In this document: positions 56,170 to 64,000 of the stretch, piece by piece
How the letters are laid out: each line of letters starts with the position of its first letter
Position numbering within the stretch: position 1 is the stretch's first letter
Assembly: GCA_963776345.1 (NCBI GenBank)
Contig: CAVZMH010000018.1
Coordinates: 32,001-96,000, forward strand
Length of the DNA stretch: 64,000 nt
Direction of reading: 5' to 3'
Origin: an uncultured delta proteobacterium
GTDB taxonomy: Bacteria > Myxococcota > Myxococcia > Myxococcales > Myxococcaceae
The notes under the pieces: generated by a model
Seen by the model: only the letters and a program-made list of their open reading frames with translations
Database searches by the model: none
Told to the model about the DNA's origin: nothing
Translations under genes and position numbers: made by a program

Positions 56170-58373
56170 TCAGTACTTCAGGCGCGCGGCCCAGGTCCGC
56201 TGCGATGCCTCCCTGGCCTCGCGGAGCGTCTCGATGCCCCGCGCCCTCAGCAGGGGGACCATCCTGAGGAAGATCTCGCCGGTCATGATCGCGTCGCCGA
56301 GCGCGGTGTGCCGCCCGAGCACGGGAACGCCGAACCGTTCGGCGATGCCCTCGAGCCCGGTGGGGGGGAGGTCCGGCTGGATCAGCTCGGCGAGGAGCAG
56401 GGTGTCGAGCACCGGGTGCGTGAAGCGGACCCCCGCCACGGCTTCCTTGAGCTGGAGGAAGCGCAGGTCGAAGGCGCCGTTGTGCGCGACGAGCACGGTG
56501 CCCTCGCAGAAGCGATGGAACCGGGGGAGGACCTCCTCGATCGGCGGCTTGCCCCGGAGGAGCGCAGGATCGATGCCGGTGATCCGGACCGTCTCCGGCG
56601 ACACGGTCCTCCTGGGGTCCACGAACTGCTCGAAGGCCTCCTGGTGGAGCAGCCGCCCGTTCACGATGCGCACCGCGCCGATGGAGATGATCTCGTCGCC
56701 GCCGGAGGGGGAGAGCCCGGTGGTCTCGGTGTCGAAGGCGGTGTACTCGAGCGCCGTGAGCTTCCGCTCGTCCAGCTCCCGGGTCTGCCCCGCCTGGTGG
56801 AACAGGTCGAAATCGTAGAACTCGGGCCGGCCGCCCGTGAGGGGGAGGCGAGCGTCGCCTGCTCCGCCTCCGCCACCGGGAGGACCAGCCGGATGAATCC
56901 GGGCGCGGAGGGACGGTCCCCCTGGGACCAGACGGCTCCGTCGTGGCGCTCGACCACCGCCCTCAGCGTTGGCGGCATGGGCTCCCCGTCGACGTCGGGG
57001 GGTTCGTCCTCCCAGCGAGCGATGACCTCGGTCGGCACGTCGGCGCCGGACCAGGTGACGTCGAGATGCGCCCGCCGGCCGGCCCGCCGGAGCGCAAGCC
57101 GCAGCTCCCGGACGCCCCGGCGCTGGAGCCGGCTCCCGATCGAGGCGACGGCCCGCACCAGGGAGTAGCTCTCCACCTTGAGCCAGAGCCCGGGATCGAT
57201 CTCGTCGAGGGTCGTGGACAGGCCGAGGGTGCCCTCGATGCGCGAGCGCGCCGCCGAGAGGAGGTCGGCTCCCTGCATGTTCTCGAGGAGCCACTCGGCC
57301 CGCAGCGAGGTGAGCTCGGGTGCGGCGCGATCGAGGGTGGCCGAGAGGGCCGACGCCTCGTCGTGGATGACCCCGACGAACGCGGCCCGCCGCTCGACCT
57401 CCAGGCCCGGGTGGGCGAGGAGCGTCTCCACCGCCGCCCGGATGTTGGCGAGCGCACGCCGGCTCGCGTCGGTGAGCGCCTGAAGGGCGGCCTCGGTGCG
57501 GCTCCCCGCCTGGAGCGGCCGGGTGACGTCGTCGATGCGGAGCACGAACCCACTGATGACGCTCGTCCCGGCGCCGCGCGGGGCGGTGTCTTCCCCCTCC
57601 TGCGTCGCGCGCCCGCCGCGCAGGACGGGCGAGACGTGGACGCGCAGGAACCGACCGCCGCCGGCGGTGACGAAGCTCGCCACGGGATGTTGCGTCCCCT
57701 TCTCCAGGCGCGCCTGGATCGTCTCCAGGGCGTGGGCGACCTGGGCCCGCTCGAGGATCACGAACACCGACCGCGCCAGCCCCACCAGGCCGGCCCCGCC
57801 GTCCGGCGGCGTCCCGTCGGTACAGTCGGTCGTCCTCCCGTGGAGCTCCCGCGCCTTCAGGTTGTAGAGGAGGATACGCCCCTCGAGGTTGCAGACGAGC
57901 ACCGCCTGCGACGACTCGGCGATGATCGCGGCGAGCCGATCGCGCTCCTCCCCCAGCCGCTGCTGCGCCTCCGCCACCCTCGCCTCGAGCTCGCCGCGGA
58001 GCGTCTCGTGCTCGGCGGCGAGCGCGTTGATCGCGTCCGCCAGCTCCCGGAGCTCCGCTCCGCCGAGCGGCTCGAGCCGGTGGGAGGCGTTCCCGTGGGT
58101 GACGAGGCGGGTTCCCTGCGCGAGCGCGAGGGGGGCGGCCACGTGCTGCTGGACGAGCACCCAGACCAGGAGCCCGTGGCCGGCGAGCAGGCCGACCCCG
58201 AGACCGACGAGCAGCGGGGCCCGCTCCGTCACGCCGGCGGCAAGGGCGGAGCGCTCGTCGGGCCCGAGCGCGGCCCACACCCCCGCGCAGACCAGGGCGG
58301 CGGCGACGAACGCGAGGGCCTGGGAACCCACGAGGACGAGCGCGAACCTGGCCTTGGCGAGCCTCGCCATCAC
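56170..58373 (-). CDS. Membrane TM-HAMP-PAS-degenerate kinase-DEDDh (DnaQ-like) exonuclease; frameshift at ~56850
   Basis: Two TM segments; HAMP ([10 protein letters not shown]); PAS ([14 protein letters not shown]); [25 protein letters not shown] and HTALGDA. Confidence 0.85.
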
Positions 58374-58741
58374 CCGTCGCCGAGCAACGCCTTCACCGTG
58401 GCCACCAGCTCCTTCGTGGCGAACGGCTTCGTGACGTAAGAATCGGCGCCGAGAGCGAGCCCCTTCTCGGCGTCGATGTCACGCCCCTTCGCGGTCAGCA
58501 TCACCACCTTGATCCCCGCCAGGCCGGGCGTCTCGCGCACGGCCTGGCAGATCTCGTAGCCGTTTCGCTTCGGCATCATCACGTCGAGCAGGACCAGGTC
58601 GGGACGGAAGTCGCGGAGGATCTGGAGGGCCGTCTCCCCGTCGGCCGCGGTCCGCACCTCGTACCCCTCGAACTCCATGAGGAACTGGAGTGACATGACG
58701 ATGTTCGGCTCGTCGTCGGCGATCAGGACTCTCTTCTTCAT
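58370..58741 (-). CDS. Single-domain response regulator
   Basis: LIADDE, LDVMMP, TA and KPF motifs; 123 aa with no output domain. Confidence 0.9.
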   Translation of the reverse strand: MKKRVLIADDEPNIVMSLQFLMEFEGYEVRTAADGETALQILRDFRPDLVLLDVMMPKRNGYEICQAVRETPGLAGIKVVMLTAKGRDIDAEKGLALGADSYVTKPFATKELVATVKALLGDG

Positions 58742-58752
58742 GCTGGCTCCGT

Positions 58753-61575
58753 TCAGCTGGCACCGGCCCCCGTCCCGGACGCGCCGAGCGCAGCGGCGCG
58801 ATCGTCCCGCACGTCGCCACCGCCCACCTCCGCCGGACGGCGGAGCGGGATGACGAACGAGAACGTGGCTCCCCTCCCGGGCTCGCTCTCCACCCACAGG
58901 CGCCCCCCGAAGTGGTGGATGATCTCGCGGCTGATCGGGAGCCCCAGGCCGGTTCCCCTGGGCTTGGTGGTGAGGGTGTCGCCGCCCTGGCGGAACTTCT
59001 CGAAGATGAGCTCCTGGTCCTTCGCCGCGATTCCCATCCCGTTGTCGCGCACGTCGACGCGGACCCCCCCCGGCTCCGCGCGCAGCGAGATGGAAACCCG
59101 GCCGCCCGGGTCGGCGCAGAACTTGGCCGCGTTGGAGAGGAGGTTGATCACCACCTGCACGAGGCGGTCCCGATCGGCGAGGATCCGTGGGACCTCCGCC
59201 GGCACGTCGACCTCCAGCGTCGCCGCCTTCTCGGCGAAGAGCTGGCTCGTCGCCGCCACGGCGTGCTCGACCACCTCGCGCGGGCTCACCTCCCCGATCC
59301 GCCAATCGACCCGGCCGGCCTCGATCTTCGAGAGGTCGAGGACCTGGTTGATCAGGCGGGTGAGCCGCTCCGCCTCCTGGATGACGACGGACAGGTACTT
59401 GGTGCGGGTGGCGGCATCGAGCTCGGGATGGTCGTGGAGAATCTCGGAGGCCGAGCGGATGGAGGTGAGCGGGGTGCGGAGCTCGTGCGAGACGTGGGAG
59501 ACGAAGTCGTCCTTCATCCTGTCCAGCTCCTTCAGCTGCTCGTTCGCGCTCCTGAGCTCCGCGTACGCGCTGGTGAGCTCCCGCGACGTCTTCTCCAGCT
59601 CCCGGCTGTACTTCATGATCTGCGAGGCCTCGTCGAGGATGGACATCACCTCGTCCATGGTGAGCGGGGCCTCCTTCACGACCGACGCCACCATCGCGTG
59701 GGCCGACGCTCCGCCGATGGCGCCGGCCAGCTTCGTCTCGGCGAACTGGATGAGATTCGCGTCGGCGTCGACCTCCCACGCCGACCGCACGCGACGATCG
59801 CGCGCGTAGCTCTCCAGCACCTCGTCGGCCTTGTCCGCCCCGAGGAAGCGCGAGAGGAGCGCGCGCAGCTCCTGGACCGACACGCCGCCCCGCCAGAAGA
59901 GCGACCCGGTGCCGGCGGCGGAGTGCTTGAACACGTCCACGAACAGCGTCGCCTGGCTGTGCTCGACCGCGCTCTGGGTGGTCGACAGCGAGAACGCGAC
60001 GTAGGCGCCCACGTTGGCCAGCATGGACCAGATCATCCCATGGGTGATCTGGTCGAGGCCGGTGAGCCCGAAGAGCTGCAGGGGCCTCAGGGCCTCGATC
60101 CCGAACGGCCCCGCCTCGACGATGGACATGGGCACCCAGCCTGACCTCGCGAACGCCGGGACGAGGAGGGTGTAGAGCCAGACCAGGAATCCGGCGGAGA
60201 GGCCGGCGAGGGCGCCGGCGCGCGTACCGCCCTTCCAGAAGAGCCCACCCAGGCAGGCGGGCGCGAACTGCGCCACCGCGGCGAAGGAGATGAGGCCGAT
60301 CGACACCAGCGCGTAGGCCTCCCCCGCGATCCGGAAGTAGAGGTAGCCGAGGAGCAGCATCACCAGGATCGCCCCGCGCCGGATGCCCAGCAGGAGTCCG
60401 GTGAGATTCTTCCGCTCGTTCAGCCGCAGCGCGCGCCAGCGGAGCAGGAGAGGCATGGCGAGGTCGTTGCAGACCATGGTGGAGAGCGCGATCGTCTCGA
60501 CGATCACCATTCCGGTCGCCGCGGAGAGCCCTCCGATGAAGACCAGCAGCCCGAGCCCGTTCTGGCCCCTGGAGAGCGGCAGGGTGAGCACGTACGTGTC
60601 CGGATCGACCGGGGTGCCGGCGAAGTGGACCATCCCGCCGAAGGCGATCGCCGGCACGAAGAGGTTGATGACCAGCATGTAGAGCGGGAACAGCCAGATC
60701 GCGGTCTTCACGTGGTCGACGTCGACGTTCTCGACCACCGCGACCTGGAACTGCCGGGGCAGGAACATGATCGCCAGCATGGCGAAGAAGGTCGCGGAGT
60801 AGAGCGAGGCCAGGACGCCAGTTTGCCCATCGCCCGTTCCCCCGATGACGAAGAGGGCCTGGACCCCGGGCAGCTCCCGGGCGCGGGTGAAGACGTCCCG
60901 GAACCCGTCGAACATTCCCCAGGTCACGAACCCGCCCACCGCCAGGAAGGCGACGAGCTTCACCAGCGACTCGAAGGCGATCGCCGCGACCATCCCCTCG
61001 TGCCGCTCCGAGGCGTCGAGGTGGCGGGTCCCGAACATGATGGTGAAGGTGGCGAGGATGAGCGCCGCGTACAGCGCGGTGTCGCCGAGGAACGGCCCGC
61101 CGTGGCCCGCGCCGACGGCCTCCACGTCGTGCGAGTGGACGATGGTGAAGGCGGTGGAGATCGCCTTCAGCTGCAGCGAGATGTAGGGGAGGATCCCGAT
61201 CACCGCGATGACGGTGACGAGCCCCGCGACGAGGCCGCTCTTGCCGTACCGGGAGGCGATGAAGTCTGCCAGCGACGTGATCCGGTGGACCTTGCTGATG
61301 AGGATGATCTTCCGCAGCAGGATCCACCACAGGAGGCACATGATCGTCGGGCCGATGTAGATGGGCAGGAACCCGATGCCGGTGGAGACGGCGCGCCCGA
61401 CCGAGCCGTAGAAAGTCCACGCGGTCGCGTAGACCGCGAGCGACAGTGAGTAGATGTACGGGTTCGCGATGAGACTCCGCCCGCGGTCGGCGCGCCGGTC
61501 GGCGTAGTAGGCGATCGCGAAGAGGAGCCCCAGGTAGGCGCAGGCGACAGAGATGACGACCCAGTCCCGGAGCAC
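58753..61575 (-). CDS. SLC5 (Na+/solute symporter)-STAC-histidine kinase (CrbS/CbrA/PrlS-like)
   Basis: About 13 TM segments with YSLSLAVYATAWTFYGSVG and LPRQF; STAC-like LAGAIGGASA; HELRTPL, NAAKF and GTGLGL. Confidence 0.92.
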   Translation of the reverse strand: MLRDWVVISVACAYLGLLFAIAYYADRRADRGRSLIANPYIYSLSLAVYATAWTFYGSVGRAVSTGIGFLPIYIGPTIMCLLWWILLRKIILISKVHRITSLADFIASRYGKSGLVAGLVTVIAVIGILPYISLQLKAISTAFTIVHSHDVEAVGAGHGGPFLGDTALYAALILATFTIMFGTRHLDASERHEGMVAAIAFESLVKLVAFLAVGGFVTWGMFDGFRDVFTRARELPGVQALFVIGGTGDGQTGVLASLYSATFFAMLAIMFLPRQFQVAVVENVDVDHVKTAIWLFPLYMLVINLFVPAIAFGGMVHFAGTPVDPDTYVLTLPLSRGQNGLGLLVFIGGLSAATGMVIVETIALSTMVCNDLAMPLLLRWRALRLNERKNLTGLLLGIRRGAILVMLLLGYLYFRIAGEAYALVSIGLISFAAVAQFAPACLGGLFWKGGTRAGALAGLSAGFLVWLYTLLVPAFARSGWVPMSIVEAGPFGIEALRPLQLFGLTGLDQITHGMIWSMLANVGAYVAFSLSTTQSAVEHSQATLFVDVFKHSAAGTGSLFWRGGVSVQELRALLSRFLGADKADEVLESYARDRRVRSAWEVDADANLIQFAETKLAGAIGGASAHAMVASVVKEAPLTMDEVMSILDEASQIMKYSRELEKTSRELTSAYAELRSANEQLKELDRMKDDFVSHVSHELRTPLTSIRSASEILHDHPELDAATRTKYLSVVIQEAERLTRLINQVLDLSKIEAGRVDWRIGEVSPREVVEHAVAATSQLFAEKAATLEVDVPAEVPRILADRDRLVQVVINLLSNAAKFCADPGGRVSISLRAEPGGVRVDVRDNGMGIAAKDQELIFEKFRQGGDTLTTKPRGTGLGLPISREIIHHFGGRLWVESEPGRGATFSFVIPLRRPAEVGGGDVRDDRAAALGASGTGAGAS

Positions 61576-61584
61576 GTGTGCGCC

Positions 61585-61842
61585 TCAGCGTGGCGGCGGC
61601 GGCCGTCGCGCCCCTCCTTGCCCGCCGCGGAGGTTTCCGTCGTCGGATCCGCTCACCTGGAGGACCAGGGCGGCTCCCAAGATCACCACCGCCCAGGCGA
61701 CGAAGAGGTACAGGTAGAGCTTCGGCATCCCCAGCACCAGCGTGGGGGCGTTGAACATCTGGAGGAGCGGGTAGTTGAAGAGGAGCAGACCGAACAAGGC
61801 CAGGGCGACAAGTCGTTCGTTCCTGACATTGGTTCGCTTCAA
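61585..61842 (-). CDS. Small two-TM membrane protein upstream of the SLC5 kinase
   Basis: LLLFNYPLL..GMPKLYLYLFVAW; GGGAG RBS and TTG start. Confidence 0.7.
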   Translation of the reverse strand: MKRTNVRNERLVALALFGLLLFNYPLLQMFNAPTLVLGMPKLYLYLFVAWAVVILGAALVLQVSGSDDGNLRGGQGGARRPPPPR

Positions 61843-62023
61843 CTGGCCGCTCCCGCCATCGCGTGGCGCATCGTAATCCCCTCCCGCGTCCTCGCGTCCA
61901 CCCGGGTCCATGGCCCGACGCGGCGGGTGCAGGCGCATCTCCTCGGAGTGCACCTCTTCGGACCCTTGCTCCAGGTGCCGGATCGGCTCCAGCGCGCGGC
62001 GCGGTGACGGCCAGCGCCTCCGC

Positions 62024-62311
62024 TCAGCGCGGAGCCTGCGCCCCAAACTTGAGGTCGAGCACCACCGTCACCACCCACACCGCCACCGCCAGGGCAAACG
62101 CCACCCACCGCACTTTCCGCTCCGACGCGCCGGAGCCGGCAAGCGCTCGGGCGGGCCGGAGAAGCGGCGAGGCGACCAGGGCGAAGAACCCCAGCACCTT
62201 GCTCTCCGGATTCTTGGCCAGTCCCGTCGCCGCGATGTAGAGGCCCACGTAGCAGACGGCGATGAACGCAACCGTGCGGAGAATCAGCAGCACGCCGGGC
62301 AGCACTTCCAT
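62024..62311 (-). CDS. Small membrane protein
   Basis: GGAGG RBS; two to three hydrophobic segments; FF..VASP motif. Confidence 0.6.
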   Translation of the reverse strand: MEVLPGVLLILRTVAFIAVCYVGLYIAATGLAKNPESKVLGFFALVASPLLRPARALAGSGASERKVRWVAFALAVAVWVVTVVLDLKFGAQAPR

Positions 62312-62406
62312 CGCCAGGGAACCTCCGGAAAGCGGAGGGGCCCAGGAGGTCTCGCTCGAGCTTCGAGCGAGACGCCCCGGGCCCCGTCAGGCAGCAGTGG
62401 CCTCCG

Positions 62407-64000
62407 CTAGTGGGCGAATTCCGCCGAGGAGACGGTCGCCTTCGGATAGCGGACGCTGCTCACCAGTTCCTGGACCCGCTCCGGGGGAGGCGCGGTGAGG
62501 AGAGAGACCACCCAGATGGTGACGAAGCCGAGCGGGATCCCGAAGACCCCCGAGGCCACGGTGGCCGTGCCCCACCAGGTCATCCCGTAGAAGCGCGAGC
62601 CGACCATGTAGATGAGCGTGGTTGCCAGGCCGATGCCACATGCCGGCCACGGCCCCTGGGCGATTCGCCCGCTTCCACCAGATGCCCATCACCAGCGCCG
62701 GGAAGAAGCTCGCCGCGGCGAGACTGAAGGCCCAGGCCACCAGCTCGACGATGATCGCCAGCCGGAAGGTGGCGACGCTCGCCGCGATCAGCGCGGTGGC
62801 GATGAGGAGGATCTTGGTGATGGTGAGCCGGCGGATCAGCGGCGCCTTCGGGTCGATGATCTTGTAGTAGAGGTCGTGGGAGATGGCGTTGGCGATGGTC
62901 AGGAGCAGCCCGTCGGCGGTCGAGAGCGCCGCGGCGAGGCCGCCGGCCATCACCAGCCCGGTGATCACGAAGGGCAGGCCGGCTATCTCCGGCATCGCCA
63001 GCACCACGAAATCGGAGCTTTTGATCACGAAGTCAGCGAGCTGCACCACCCCGTCCCCGAGCTTGTCCACCACGTCGAAGAGGCCGGCGGGTTTCCACAG
63101 CGTCACCCACCGCGGCAGGTCGGCGATCTGCGTTCCGACCAGCCGGGTGTAGACCACGAACCGGGCGAAGGCGGCGTAGGCCGGGGCCGTGAAGTACAGG
63201 AGGAAGATGAAGAACAGGCCCCAGGCGACGGAGGTTCGCGCTTCCTTGACCGAGGGTGTCGTGTAGTAGCGGGTCAGGATGTGGGGCAATCCAGCCGTGC
63301 CCACCATCAGGCAGAAGGTGAGCGCGAGGAAGTTCCACATCCCCACGCCCTTGGGGACCGTCAGGTAGTTTCCGATGGTCGCGCCCGGGGCGGCGGGCGG
63401 CTTCGCCTGCACTACCGCCGTCTTCTGCTGGGCGGTCAGCTTCTCCCGCTCGGCGTCCGACAGCGCCGGGTGCTTTCAGCTTCGCCGTGGCCGCGTCGGC
63501 GTCCCGTTTCCACGCTGCTCGCGTGGCCGCCTCCTTCGGATCGTTGGTCACCTGGATTGCCGCGGCGTTGTTCCGCTGCAGCAGCTGGCCGTAGGTGAAC
63601 TGGGGGAAGGGGAAGGTGAAGAGCTGCCAGCTCAGCACCACCACCGGGACCAGGTAACTGATGATCAGGATGATGTACTGCGCCACCTGGGTCCAGGTGA
63701 CCGAGCGCATGCCTCCCAGCACCGAGCAGAAGAGCACGCCTACCAGTCCCACGAAGACCCCGATGTTGAAGTCCAGGCCCAGGAAGCGGCTGACGATCAG
63801 CCCCACCCCGGTCACCTGGGCGATGAGATAGGTGAAGGAGCAGAGAATGGCGGCGAGCACACCCACCAGCCGCGGCGCGATCCCGCCGTAGCGGCCCCCC
63901 AGGAAGTCAGGGATGGTGTAGGCCCCGAACTGCCTGAGGTAAGGACCGAGGAACACCGCCAGGAGCACGTACCCGCCGGTCCAGCCCATCACGTATGCCA
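62407..64000 (-). CDS. actP: ActP-like cation/solute (acetate) symporter, SSS family; 5'-partial; frameshifts at ~62640 and ~63410-63480
   Basis: MGWTGGY, YTIPDF, GGMRSVTWTQVAQY, GTAGLPHIL.RYYT, AAALSTADGLLL and WAFSLAA motifs. Confidence 0.85.

Overview
Very GC-rich window, most likely from a Myxococcota genome. About 20 single-base frameshifts and two in-frame TAG codons interrupt otherwise intact genes, which points to an unpolished long-read assembly. From left to right it contains: (1) four lipoprotein GH13 starch/pullulan enzymes; (2) an SRPBCC protein, a REP-like palindrome cluster, and a NapH-like/NapG-like/Tat-molybdoenzyme operon; (3) a protoglobin O2-sensing multi-component system (NmpU/T/S/R-like) surrounded by USP, DksA-like, GlsB/YeaQ, Hsp20 and STAS-like genes, several of which have sigma-54 promoters and paired YGCA-N5-TGCR sites; (4) accessory genes and tRNA-Lys(CTT); (5) an Xis-HTH/PBP regulator with a phased operator array, an RND pump, a sigma-54 two-component system and two porins; (6) an organic-acid uptake/signalling island with an MHS-family MFS, two tandem CBS-DUF294 nucleotidyltransferases, a membrane HAMP-PAS-DEDDh exonuclease, a stand-alone receiver, an SLC5-fused kinase and an ActP-like symporter. 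The strongest candidates for undescribed systems are the nucleotidyltransferase/exonuclease signalling module and the molybdoenzyme module apparently under O2-sensor control. All family assignments come from motif recognition, not database searches.
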